Source: an uncultured Alphaproteobacteria bacterium (GTDB lineage Bacteria > Pseudomonadota > Alphaproteobacteria > Bin95). Taken from it: a stretch of 64,000 nucleotides of DNA. Below, one piece after another: positions 19,382-30,188 of this stretch (position 1 is the stretch's first letter; the number at the start of each line of letters is the position of its first letter). The stretch is taken from NCBI GenBank assembly GCA_937891825.1, contig CALAHN010000088.1, positions 50,009-114,008 of the forward strand, given 5' to 3'. Both the position numbers and the translations under genes were made by a program. The notes under the pieces are model-generated. The model was not told the origin of the DNA. It searched no databases and saw only the letters and a program-made list of their open reading frames with translations.

Positions 19382-20401
19382 TCAAACGCCCTGGCGGACG
19401 CGGGGCATGACCTCTTCCGCCATCATCTGCATACAGTCCATCGCAACCGATTTCTCCATGCCTGCCCACTCCATGCTGAGGATCAGGTGATTGACGCCGA
19501 GCTTGCGATTGATCGCGATCATCTGTTCCGCGACCTCGTCAGGCGCGCCGATCAGGAAGCGGTCGCCGATGATAGCATCAAGGCCGCCGGCGAGCGATTC
19601 ATCGGGCGGCATGTCGTCGTCCTGGCCCCACGAGTGATATGCGGCATATTTCTTCGCGACGAACGGCCCGGCGAGCTTGAGCGCTTCTTCCCTGGTGCGC
19701 GCGACAAAAGCTTCCCGGCGCATCGGCAATTCCTGCGGGAACGGCTTGCCGGCCCCATCCAGAAAGCCCCTATAGATATCCAACTGCCGGGCGACGGTCT
19801 CTAGGGTGTTGTGGGGATTGATGTACCAGCAGTCGCCATGTTCGGCGGCGCGCTTCAGCGCGACATCCGCATTGGCCCCGATCCAGATCGGCGGATGGGG
19901 CTTCTGGATTGGCTTCGGCCAACAGACAGCTTCATCCAGCTCGAAGTGCGAGCCTTTCATTGAAACTTTATCTTCCGACCACAGTCTTTTGATTGCAATC
20001 AGATTTTCCGTCGTTCTGCGGCCGCGCTCCTTGCGGTCCGTGCCAAATGCCTTGAACTCGACATCCCGGTAGCCGAGGCCGACGCCGAAGATCAACCGGC
20101 CTTTCGAGAGGATATCGATCGAGGCGAGTTGCTCCGCCATATCCAACGGCTTCTGGAGCGCCAGCAGCACGATCCCGGCGTTCAGGCGCGCGCGCTTCAC
20201 TTCGCCCGACAACCGGGCGAGGACCGGGAATTGCTGGAAAGCCTGAAATGCGTCAGTCGAGAAATGCGAGCCTTTCGTGATGGACGCATAGCCCAGTCGA
20301 TCGGCGAACCGGGCTTGTTCGATCATCTCATCGGCCTTCGCGGCCATGTTCGCGCCGTGCTCATACTGCCCGCGCAGCATGACGCCGAGTTGGAAATCCA
20401 T
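19382..20401 (-). CDS. LLM-class (luciferase-like) flavin-dependent oxidoreductase
   Basis: 339 aa with a luciferase-like TIM-barrel signature. Last gene of the amidase operon. Confidence 0.8.
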   Translation of the reverse strand: MDFQLGVMLRGQYEHGANMAAKADEMIEQARFADRLGYASITKGSHFSTDAFQAFQQFPVLARLSGEVKRARLNAGIVLLALQKPLDMAEQLASIDILSKGRLIFGVGLGYRDVEFKAFGTDRKERGRRTTENLIAIKRLWSEDKVSMKGSHFELDEAVCWPKPIQKPHPPIWIGANADVALKRAAEHGDCWYINPHNTLETVARQLDIYRGFLDGAGKPFPQELPMRREAFVARTREEALKLAGPFVAKKYAAYHSWGQDDDMPPDESLAGGLDAIIGDRFLIGAPDEVAEQMIAINRKLGVNHLILSMEWAGMEKSVAMDCMQMMAEEVMPRVRQGV

Positions 20402-20455
20402 CTCGTTTTCCTTTTCCGATCAGGGCCGCCCGGCCTTCGGTTCGATCTGACCGCG

Positions 20456-21256
20456 CTAGTCTATCGGAAAACCGAAGTGCGTGGCCATCAATTCGAACTG
20501 GCCGGCGACCATTTCTCGCCCAGTCTGGCCGATGCAGCCGCGTTCCCGGGCGGCCTGCAGCCATGGCGTCGCTTCGGGGTTCGTCACTACGTCGCTGACT
20601 AGCGCGCCTGCCCGAATGCCGTCCAGGCTGTGGGGCAGGTTAGGATCGCCGTTCATGCCGACGGGCGAGGCGTTCGCTGCGATATCGACCGTCGCCATAT
20701 CCGGCGAACCGACGACGATCTGGACCTGGGGAAAGGCTTCCCCGAGCCGCTTCGCCAGCGCCGCCGCCCGATCGAGATCAAGGTCCGTGAGCGAGAGATG
20801 CCGAACGCCGGCTTCCGCCAGGGCATGGGCGATCGCCGACCCGGCGCCGCCGACCCCGACCACCATTGCGGTCTTGCCCTTTGGATCGACGCCATGGCTC
20901 CGCATCGCATTGACGCAGCCAAGGCCGTCCGTCATGTCGCCGACCAGTCGGCCGTCCGCTTCCCGGCGGATCAGGTTGACCGCGCCCAGGAATGCGCCCC
21001 GCTTCGACAGCACGTCGCAGGCCACGGCGGAACGCTGCTTGTGCGGGATCGTCGCGATATATCCGGCGGCGTTGGCGCATTCGCGGATCATGCGGATAAA
21101 GGCATTTGCGCCGTCGTCGGAGAGTTCGAACGCCGTCGTCACGGCGTCGATCCCACCTTTCGCGAAAAAGTCGTTGAAGAACTGCGGCGCCTTAACCTGC
21201 TCTATCGGCCGTCCGATGATCGGCAGCAGCACGGTCTTTCCGGAGATTTGCGGCAT
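20456..21256 (-). CDS. shikimate/quinate 5-dehydrogenase family protein
   Basis: AroE-like pattern (GAVNLI...DGRLVGDMTDGLG) and a Rossmann motif GVGGAGSAIA. Confidence 0.75.
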   Translation of the reverse strand: MPQISGKTVLLPIIGRPIEQVKAPQFFNDFFAKGGIDAVTTAFELSDDGANAFIRMIRECANAAGYIATIPHKQRSAVACDVLSKRGAFLGAVNLIRREADGRLVGDMTDGLGCVNAMRSHGVDPKGKTAMVVGVGGAGSAIAHALAEAGVRHLSLTDLDLDRAAALAKRLGEAFPQVQIVVGSPDMATVDIAANASPVGMNGDPNLPHSLDGIRAGALVSDVVTNPEATPWLQAARERGCIGQTGREMVAGQFELMATHFGFPID

Positions 21257-21273
21257 GGCGATGCTCTTTCAGG

Positions 21274-22683
21274 TCAACAGACGGGCGGACGGCGGGCGGT
21301 CCAGTCGGTCGCCTGCTCATAGGCGTCCGCGACCCGATAGATCAGCGCTTCCTCGAATGGCCGGCTCACGATCTGCATGGAGAGCGGCATGCCGTGTTCG
21401 GAAAACCCGGTCGGGACGGCGATGGCCGGCGCGCCCAAAAGATTGAAGGGCGTCCGCGCTTGCCGGCCATAGGTCCGGTCGACTTCAGTCGTGTCGTCGA
21501 TCCGGCAGGCCGGGTCCATCGACGAGGCGCAGACGATCACATCCAGGTCCGCCATCAAGGCCTTGAACTGCTCCCGATAGCGCCCGCGCTGGCGGAGCGC
21601 GTCGATGTAGTCGGCGGCGGCGATAAAGGCGCCGGGCATGATCCTGTCCCGGGTCGCCTTGGCATAGTCGCCGGGCCGGTCGGTCAGCCATTGCCGATGA
21701 ATGGCATAAGCTTCCGAAACCAGAATGACGCGGTTGCAAGCCGCCAGGGCCGCGAGCGGGGCGAAGGCGACGTCCTTGACGACAGCGCCCGCGTCCGCCA
21801 GCGCCGCGACCGCGTCATCGAGCCCCGCCGCCATATCCGGATGGGCGGGCAGATCGGTTTCGTGCCAGTGACGCAGATAGCCGACCTGGAGGCCCTTCAC
21901 GCCCTTGCCGATGCCGCTTGAAAAATTCGGCACGCTGACCGCCGCCGAAGCAGGGTCCCAGGCGTCGGGGCCGGCGATCGCCTGCAACATCAGGGCATTG
22001 TCGGCGACAGTGCGCGTCATCGGGCCGATATGGTCGAGGCTGAAGGAGAGGGGGAAGACCCCGGCGCGGCTGACCCGTCCGTATGTCGCCTTCATCCCGA
22101 CAATGCCGCAGGACGAGGCAGGATTGCGGACGCTGCCGCCCGTATCCGTGCCGATCGCCATCGGCAGCATGCCCGACGCGATCGCGGCGCCCGAACCGGA
22201 GGACGAGCCGCCCGGATGGCAGTCCCGGTTCCAGGGATTGCGTGCAGGCGGCCATGGCAGATCGAAAGCCGGGCCGCCAAGGGCGAACTCGTGGGTTGCG
22301 AGCTTGCCGACTAGGATCGCCCCTGCCGCTTTCAGTCGGGCCGCGACCACGGCGTCCGTCTTCGGCACATTGTCCTTGAGGATTTTCGAATGGCAGGTGG
22401 TCCGGATGCCCGCGGTATCGACGATGTCCTTCAGGCCGAACGGAATGCCGTGGAGCGGCCCGAGCCGCCGGCCGGCTGCGATGGCTTGCTCGGCGGCTTT
22501 GGCGCCCGCCATCGCCTTATCGGCGTCGAGCAGCAGGAACGCATCCAATCGCGGCCCCAGCGCCTCGATCCGCCGCAGATGCGCCGCCATCAGCTCGACG
22601 GGCGAGAGAGCGCCCGTGGCGATCTGGCGACTGGCTTCCACAATGGTCATGAATCCCAGGTCGGCGTCGGGGGCGGGGCTCAT
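21274..22683 (-). CDS. amidase (amidase-signature family)
   Basis: 469 aa with the GGSSSGSGAAIASG amidase signature. Confidence 0.85.
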   Translation of the reverse strand: MSPAPDADLGFMTIVEASRQIATGALSPVELMAAHLRRIEALGPRLDAFLLLDADKAMAGAKAAEQAIAAGRRLGPLHGIPFGLKDIVDTAGIRTTCHSKILKDNVPKTDAVVAARLKAAGAILVGKLATHEFALGGPAFDLPWPPARNPWNRDCHPGGSSSGSGAAIASGMLPMAIGTDTGGSVRNPASSCGIVGMKATYGRVSRAGVFPLSFSLDHIGPMTRTVADNALMLQAIAGPDAWDPASAAVSVPNFSSGIGKGVKGLQVGYLRHWHETDLPAHPDMAAGLDDAVAALADAGAVVKDVAFAPLAALAACNRVILVSEAYAIHRQWLTDRPGDYAKATRDRIMPGAFIAAADYIDALRQRGRYREQFKALMADLDVIVCASSMDPACRIDDTTEVDRTYGRQARTPFNLLGAPAIAVPTGFSEHGMPLSMQIVSRPFEEALIYRVADAYEQATDWTARRPPVC

Positions 22684-23004
22684 TGGTCGGCGTCCGCTTT
22701 GTAGGTGTGAGCTGGCTCCTCGGCCGGCGCATGATTGCGCGGGATGGCGGCCACTAGGCGTTCGGCGTTAGCGCGCGAACGGTCGATCAACGTGGGGTCG
22801 ACTGCCGCGGCGTTCGCCAGGGCTTTCGGAATGACAGATGCCGGCATCGAAAACTTCCCTTCGGGGGAGAGAGGAGCAGGGAGGCAGTATTGGCCGCCCG
22901 AAGCCACTCGTCCAGCCGCGCGCTTGAGCCGCGTTGGCCTGAAGGCAAAGGCGCCCTATCTCATTCCTGCATTTCTCCGACCCGAACCAAGAAGGTCATA
23001 CCCC

Positions 23005-24663
23005 ATGGCTGACGCGACCCGATATCCCACCCTGGATGACTGCCGCGGCGGCTTGCGGGCGGCTGAGGCATATCTTGCCGTAGCCGAGCGCCGCGTCGGC
23101 GGATTGATTAAGGGCGCTGGCGGACGGGTCGATGCTGGCTTGCTGGAGCAGCATCAGCTCGCAGCTCACGGCTATGCCTGGCTCGCCACATATGTGGCTG
23201 GCCTCCGCGAGACGCTGGCCTGGGCGGAGCGCTTGGAAGGCGCGGGCAAGCTCCGGCCGCTCGAGACCCACATCGTCGTCGGGGCGTTCGCGGAATATCT
23301 GAACCAGATGGCGGGCGGAATCGCCTTGTCCCAGGGCGAGTTCGTGCGCCCGCTCGATATGGGACTTGAGGCGGCCGATCTGGCGCCGCTCGATGCGCCG
23401 GACGTGCTGGCGCTCCGCCAGACCGGTTGGACCAGCCAGGCCCGCAGCGACCTGGCGGCGTTGATCGCCGAGGGCGATTGCGGCGATGCGGGCATGGATG
23501 ACGAGACGCTGGAATTGATCCAGCAGCAATTCCGGCGCTTCGTGAACGAAAAGATCATCGGCCCCGCCCATGAATGGCACTTGCGCGACGAACTGATCCC
23601 GATGGCGATCGTCGAGGAGATGGCGGCGCTTGGCGTGTTCGGTTTGACCATTCCGGAAGCTTATGGCGGCCTCGGCATGGGCAAGGTTGCGATGTGCGTC
23701 GTCACGGAAGAATTGTCCCGCGGGTATATCGGCGTCGGCTCGCTTGGGACCCGATCGGAAATTGCTTCGGAACTGATCCGGCTCGGCGGCACGGAAGCGC
23801 AGAAGGAGCAATGGCTCGGCCCCATCGCGAGCGGCGAGATCCTGCCGACCGCCGTCTTCACGGAGCCGGATACGGGGTCCGATCTCGGCGCGCTTCGGAC
23901 CCGCGCGGCCCGCGACGGCGACCGCTATCTCGTGACCGGCGCCAAGACCTGGATCACCCATGCCGCCCGGGCCGACGTCATGACGCTTCTGGCGCGCACC
24001 GATGTCGGTCAGCCCGGCTACAAGGGCCTATCGATGTTTATCGCGCCGAAGCTGCGCGGCACCGACGCCGAGCCCTTTCCCAGCGCCGGCATGACCGGCG
24101 GCGAGATCAAGGTTCTGGGCTACCGGGGCATGAAGGAATACGAGATCGGCTTTGACGGTTTTGAAGTCGAGGCGGCGAACCTGCTCGGCGCGGAGGAAGG
24201 GCAGGGCTTCAAGCAGTTGATGGCGACTTTCGAATCGGCCCGAATTCAAACTGCCGCCCGCTCCGTCGGCGTCGCGACGCGGGCCATGGAAGTGGCGCTT
24301 GGCTACGCCCATGAGCGCAAGCAGTTCGGCAAGCCGATCGCGGCGTTCCCGCGCGTCTCCGGCAAGCTGGCGTGGATGGCGGTCGAGACGATGGTGGCGC
24401 GGCAACTGACCTATTTCGCGGCCCGGCAGAAGGATTCCGACCGGCGCTGCGATATCGAAGCCGGGATGGCGAAGCTCCTGGCGGCGCGCACCGCCTGGTC
24501 GAACGCCGATAATGGGGTGCAGATCCACGGCGGCAACGGGTATGCCGAGGAGTATGAGATGAGCCGCCTGCTCTGCGACGCCCGCATTCTGAATATCTTC
24601 GAGGGCGCGGCGGAAATACAGGCGCAGGTTATCGCCAGGGGCTTGCTCGATCGACGAAATTGA
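23005..24663 (+). CDS. acyl-CoA dehydrogenase with N-terminal extension
   Basis: C-terminal ~390 aa has the ACAD fold (FTEPDTGSDLGAL, QIHGGNGY). Start chosen at MADATRYP (23005); the track ORF is 5'-extended. Confidence 0.85.
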   Translation: MADATRYPTLDDCRGGLRAAEAYLAVAERRVGGLIKGAGGRVDAGLLEQHQLAAHGYAWLATYVAGLRETLAWAERLEGAGKLRPLETHIVVGAFAEYLNQMAGGIALSQGEFVRPLDMGLEAADLAPLDAPDVLALRQTGWTSQARSDLAALIAEGDCGDAGMDDETLELIQQQFRRFVNEKIIGPAHEWHLRDELIPMAIVEEMAALGVFGLTIPEAYGGLGMGKVAMCVVTEELSRGYIGVGSLGTRSEIASELIRLGGTEAQKEQWLGPIASGEILPTAVFTEPDTGSDLGALRTRAARDGDRYLVTGAKTWITHAARADVMTLLARTDVGQPGYKGLSMFIAPKLRGTDAEPFPSAGMTGGEIKVLGYRGMKEYEIGFDGFEVEAANLLGAEEGQGFKQLMATFESARIQTAARSVGVATRAMEVALGYAHERKQFGKPIAAFPRVSGKLAWMAVETMVARQLTYFAARQKDSDRRCDIEAGMAKLLAARTAWSNADNGVQIHGGNGYAEEYEMSRLLCDARILNIFEGAAEIQAQVIARGLLDRRN

Positions 24664-24802
24664 CGGCGAATGCAGCTTCGATGTCGACCTGTGACGCCAT
24701 GTCCGGTGCCAGCGGCCTTGCGCGCCCGCTTGGGCGCGGGTACAAGGCCCGCTTCCGAGGGTTGGCCATCATTGCCGACCGCGCCCGTGTTGGATCCGAA
24801 AA

Positions 24803-24988
24803 ATGGCAGTTCCGAAGAAGAAAACATCGAAATCCCGCCGCAACATGCGGCGCTCCCATGATGCGCTGAAGCCCGAAGGCGTGATGATCGACAAGGAAAC
24901 CGGCAATGTCCGGCGGTCGCATCATATCGACCCGGAAACAGGCATGTACCGCGGCCGTCAGGTTCTGACCCCGAGGGCGGACGCCTAA
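24803..24988 (+). CDS. rpmF: 50S ribosomal protein L32
   Basis: [19 protein letters not shown] is the canonical L32 N-terminus. Confidence 0.9.
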   Translation: MAVPKKKTSKSRRNMRRSHDALKPEGVMIDKETGNVRRSHHIDPETGMYRGRQVLTPRADA

Positions 24989-25020
24989 GGCGGATCGCGC
25001 TGCGGTTTTCCAGCGACTAG

Positions 25021-26381
<1,361 letters not shown>

Positions 26382-26425
26382 CTGGTTGCCGCAAGCCCGC
26401 GGATCAGCCGCCCGTCAGATAGACT

Positions 26426-26459
26426 GAACCCTCTCAGGCTTAACCGCCCGAGAGGGTTC
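26426..26459. terminator. bidirectional hairpin between ferredoxin and flgH
   Basis: Perfect 10-bp stem GAACCCTCTC/GAGAGGGTTC with a 14-nt loop, followed by TTGAATT. Sits between convergent genes. Confidence 0.5.
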
Positions 26460-26464
26460 TTGAA

Positions 26465-27211
26465 TTAGAACGGGAAGACGACGTCGAAGAGCTGCTGGCC
26501 ATAGCGGGGCTGCTGCACGTCGGAGATATGCCCGCGGCCGCCATAGGAAATCCTGGCTTCGGCGATCTTGTCGTAATTGACCGCGTTGTCCGACCCGATA
26601 TCCTCCGGCCGGATGACGCCTGTCACCATCAGTTCCCGGACTTCGTAGTTGACGCGCACCTCCTGGCGGCCCTGGATCACCAGGTTTCCATTCGGCAGGG
26701 TCTGCGTGACGATCGCGGCGACACGGAGATTGATCTCCTCGTCCCGGTCGATGGCGCCTTCGCCGGAGTTCGAGGTTTTGCTGCCAAACTCGATCAGGTT
26801 TGTCGGGTCCACGGCTTTTGGCAAGAGTTTGGAGAGCTTGGTCTCCAGGCCGCCGATCGCCGGAATGTCGGCATCCTCGCTGTTGGTCCGCGCGCGGGTC
26901 GTCTTGTTCGAGAGCTTGGCATTGTCCGCGATGTCGATGACGACCGTGACGATGTCGCCCACCTCGTCGGCCCGCTGATCCTTCAGGAACGCGCGGGAGC
27001 CCGGCCGCCAGAGCGAGTTGGCATAGCGCGGCGCCGGCGCCGGACGCGGCATCGGCATCGAGACCGGCTGGTATCCAGGGTGGGTCAGCGGGTTCGCGAC
27101 ATGAGTCAGGTCCGGTGCGGACCCGACTTCCGAAACCCGGGTCAGGACGTTGCAGCCTGTCAGCGCAAAGCTTGAGACCGTGATCGCGAGGATAAGCGTC
27201 GCCGATTTCAT
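26465..27211 (-). CDS. flgH: flagellar L-ring lipoprotein FlgH
   Basis: Lipoprotein signal (LTGC) and FlgH core (VGDIVTVVI...). Confidence 0.9.
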   Translation of the reverse strand: MKSATLILAITVSSFALTGCNVLTRVSEVGSAPDLTHVANPLTHPGYQPVSMPMPRPAPAPRYANSLWRPGSRAFLKDQRADEVGDIVTVVIDIADNAKLSNKTTRARTNSEDADIPAIGGLETKLSKLLPKAVDPTNLIEFGSKTSNSGEGAIDRDEEINLRVAAIVTQTLPNGNLVIQGRQEVRVNYEVRELMVTGVIRPEDIGSDNAVNYDKIAEARISYGGRGHISDVQQPRYGQQLFDVVFPF

Positions 27212-27732
27212 CGCATGGCCTCCGCCAGTTGTTCGTGGGTGATGGGCCGCGTCGCCACGATCCCCGGCGCGATGGCCGTCGCTTCGACGGTGCGGTTCGA
27301 ATGGGAGTTCAGGGTGCGGACCGAAGCGCCGGCGGCCGCGTCCTCAAGCACGCGGCCGCGGGCGGTCAAGGTCATGTACGGGGTCGTGTAGACGATTGCG
27401 ACCAGATCGCCTTTGCGGACAGCAAGGGGCGCGCCGATGTCCCGGGCAAGAATTACCCGGCCGGCCGGCAGATACCGCTGAGCGGCCATGCCGATGAGGC
27501 TTTCGGCTTCGGTCATCGCGGTGCCGGGCATCCGGCGGGCGCTGGTCTCGTACCACACGATGTCGTCGGCGCTGATGATCTCGTCCCTGGCGATCGGCCG
27601 CTTCAGCATCGGGATCCGGATCAGCTCCGGTTCGGCGCTCTGTCGCGACGCGGCGACGGCGGCGGGCGCGTCAGCAAGGCCCGCGGTCGCGAGCAAGAGC
27701 AGGATCAGGGCTAGATGTTTCATGTGTTTCAT
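27208..27732 (-). CDS. flgA: flagellar P-ring assembly chaperone FlgA
   Basis: 174 aa with signal peptide and C-terminal SAF/FlgA region. Overlaps the flgH start. Confidence 0.75.
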   Translation of the reverse strand: MKHMKHLALILLLLATAGLADAPAAVAASRQSAEPELIRIPMLKRPIARDEIISADDIVWYETSARRMPGTAMTEAESLIGMAAQRYLPAGRVILARDIGAPLAVRKGDLVAIVYTTPYMTLTARGRVLEDAAAGASVRTLNSHSNRTVEATAIAPGIVATRPITHEQLAEAMR

Positions 27733-27737
27733 TGACC

Positions 27738-28523
27738 TTATCTCATCTGCGTGACGGTGCTGTACATCTCGTCAGTCGTCTGGATGACCTTGGAATTCAT
27801 TTCGTAGGCGCGTTGGGCGGTGATCATGTTCGTCAACTCGCCGACGACATTGACATTCGATGCCTCAAGAAAGCCTTGACGGACGGCGCCGACGCCGTTC
27901 GCGCCCGGCGCCGACAGGGTCGGTGCGCCGGATGCCTCGGTCTCGAGGAACATGTTGTCGCCGATCGCCTCGAGCCCGGAGCGGTTGGCGAAGTTGGCGA
28001 GCTGGATCTGACCGACAATCTGCACCTGTACCTGGCCCGCAAGCTTGATCGCGACTTCGCCGGCTGTGTTGATGCTGATTTCCGTCGCGTTCGGATCGAC
28101 GACGATGCCAGGCTGCACTGTATGGCCGTCGGCCGTGACGAGTTGGCCCTGGGCGTTCAACTGGAAGGACCCGGCGCGGGTGTAGCCGACGCCGCCATCC
28201 GGCAGGTCGATCGGAAAATAGCCTTCGCCTTCAATCGCGAGATCGAGCGAGTTTTCGGTCAGGAGCAGGGAGCCTTGAGAATCGATCCTGTAGACGGCTG
28301 CCGTCTTGACGCCGAGGCCAAGCTGAACGCCGGCGGGAACCAGGGTATTGGCGTCCGTCGAGGGCGCGCCGGGCCGGCGAATGTTCTCGTAGAGCAAGTC
28401 CTGGAACTCGGCCCGCTGCTGCTTGTAGCCGGTGGTGTTGATGTTCGCGATATTGTGCGAAATCACTTCGACGTTCAGTTGCTGGGCTTGCATGCCGGTC
28501 GCAGCGATATTCATGGCGCGCAT
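27738..28523 (-). CDS. flgG: flagellar distal rod protein FlgG
   Basis: N-terminus MRAMNIAATGMQAQQLNVEVISHNIANINTTGYK and conserved C-terminus. Confidence 0.95.
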   Translation of the reverse strand: MRAMNIAATGMQAQQLNVEVISHNIANINTTGYKQQRAEFQDLLYENIRRPGAPSTDANTLVPAGVQLGLGVKTAAVYRIDSQGSLLLTENSLDLAIEGEGYFPIDLPDGGVGYTRAGSFQLNAQGQLVTADGHTVQPGIVVDPNATEISINTAGEVAIKLAGQVQVQIVGQIQLANFANRSGLEAIGDNMFLETEASGAPTLSAPGANGVGAVRQGFLEASNVNVVGELTNMITAQRAYEMNSKVIQTTDEMYSTVTQMR

Positions 28524-28614
28524 GTGGAGTTCTCCTGGAAAAAATCTGGGTCGTCAGTCTGTCTGAGCGAGGTCGGTCCGAGCGGACGCGCTGTCCTTCG
28601 CGCTACCTTGAGGA

Positions 28615-29340
28615 TTAGGCGCTATCGACGCGGCCGAGTTCGCGAATGGCGCGCGTCATGCGTTCATTCTCGGTTTTGCCCATCTTGTGGACGCCTTCGA
28701 AGTCCCGTTGAATTTGGAGCATGGAGACAAGCTCCACGACCGGGTTCACGTTGGACGATTCCAGCATGCCCTGGTGAAGGCGGGCGTCGGGATCGACCTG
28801 GCCAGGCGCATCAGCTTTGTAGAGGCCGTCTGCGGTATGGACCAAGCTCTGAGGATTGTTGAATTTTTTTAACTCGATCTTCGCGATTTCCGCGCCGTCG
28901 GCCAGGATTTCGCCGGTCTTGCGGATGATGATCTGCTGCGTGCCTGGCGGCACGACGATACGGTCGCCGTCGGCGCTCAACAGCGCATGGCCGGACCGGG
29001 TCGTGAATTCGCTGGCGGCCGATAGCTGGAACTGGCCGTCGCGGCCGTAACGCTCGCCGCCGGGGGTTTCGACCGTGAAATAGCCGTCGCCCTCAATAGC
29101 GAGGTCGAGCGGGCGGTCGGTCATCCTGAGCGACCCTTGCGCTACATCCCGCGAACTCCCAACATCCTGCACATAGGAAACAGCTTCGCCGTTCCCCGTC
29201 TGCGCGAGAAACTCGCCGAAGCGCAGACCTTGCCGCTTGAAGCCGACCGTATCGATATTGGCGATATTGTTCGCGGTCACATCCAACTGGCGGCCGAGAA
29301 CGACCTGTCTGGAGAGTGCGACATAACTGGCGTTTTGCAT
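28615..29340 (-). CDS. flgF: flagellar proximal rod protein FlgF
   Basis: Start at MQNASYVALSRQ (29340), 241 aa. ANNIANIDTVGFK rod motif. Confidence 0.9.
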   Translation of the reverse strand: MQNASYVALSRQVVLGRQLDVTANNIANIDTVGFKRQGLRFGEFLAQTGNGEAVSYVQDVGSSRDVAQGSLRMTDRPLDLAIEGDGYFTVETPGGERYGRDGQFQLSAASEFTTRSGHALLSADGDRIVVPPGTQQIIIRKTGEILADGAEIAKIELKKFNNPQSLVHTADGLYKADAPGQVDPDARLHQGMLESSNVNPVVELVSMLQIQRDFEGVHKMGKTENERMTRAIRELGRVDSA

Positions 29341-29650
29341 CGTGGGGTTCCGCATTGCGTTCCGTCCCACCCTCCCTAGCAAGCGCCGGGCCAGAACATT
29401 TATCGCAGTAAATTCAAAGGGGTGAATTTTGAGACGCGATTTTCGGCGTCGATTTGCCGTTCTGGGTCGGCAGAAATCGCCTAGAGGCAGCCGAAACCGC
29501 ATTCGTGCTTCATCGAACAGGCAGGGCGCGGACGGGGCCCAGGCGCCATTTGGCCGCAGCTTTCCTTTGCTCGGACGCCAAAGCTTTACGTCAGATTAAC
29601 CTTGATCTTGCTACTAAAATCGTCTGACCGAGCCCGAACTGGAGCATGGC

Positions 29651-30178
29651 ATGGCGGACGACGCCGAAGCGAACGCGACCGAGGACGCCCCCGGGGGCAA
29701 GCGCAGCAAGAAGAAGCTGATCATGATCGGCGGGCTGGCGCTCGTGCTGCTGCTTGGCGGCGGCGGGGCCGCGGTCTTTCTGATGGGCGGCGATCCGCCC
29801 CCGCCCGTAGCGGCGGTCGGCGCGGAAGGCGATGCGGTCGCGGCGGCGCTGCCGGCGGCGGACCCCAACGCGCGGCCTGTGTTCTTCGAATTGCCCAGCG
29901 TTCTGGTGAACCTCGCCAGCGAGGGCCGCAAGGCCGCCTATCTTCGGGTCGCCGCGACGCTCGAGCTTTCGAGCGGATTCAAACGATCGGACGCGGAAGA
30001 GAAATCGGCCGCGATTGTCGACGCTTTTCAAGGATTTCTCAGGGAAATGCGCCCGAAAGATCTGGCGGGATCCGGCGGCTTGATGCGCTTGAAGGAAGAG
30101 TTGCTGGTGCGTGCGAACGCGGTTTTTGGCCAGGATTCCGTCAAACAGGTGCTGTTTACCGAACTCCTGCTGCAATAG
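29651..30178 (+). CDS. fliL: flagellar basal-body-associated protein FliL
   Basis: Single TM segment followed by a FliL periplasmic domain (LPSVLVNLA...AAYLRVAATLEL). Confidence 0.85.
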   Translation: MADDAEANATEDAPGGKRSKKKLIMIGGLALVLLLGGGGAAVFLMGGDPPPPVAAVGAEGDAVAAALPAADPNARPVFFELPSVLVNLASEGRKAAYLRVAATLELSSGFKRSDAEEKSAAIVDAFQGFLREMRPKDLAGSGGLMRLKEELLVRANAVFGQDSVKQVLFTELLLQ

Positions 30179-30188
30179 GGCTGTTTGA

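Noticed and set aside
29560-29650. Possible sigma-54 (-24 TGGC / -12 TTGC) promoter upstream of fliL (TTGGCCGCAGCTTTCCTTTGCT)
   Set aside because: The GG and GC dinucleotides are 14-15 nt apart rather than the required 10, so it does not fit the RpoN consensus spacing.
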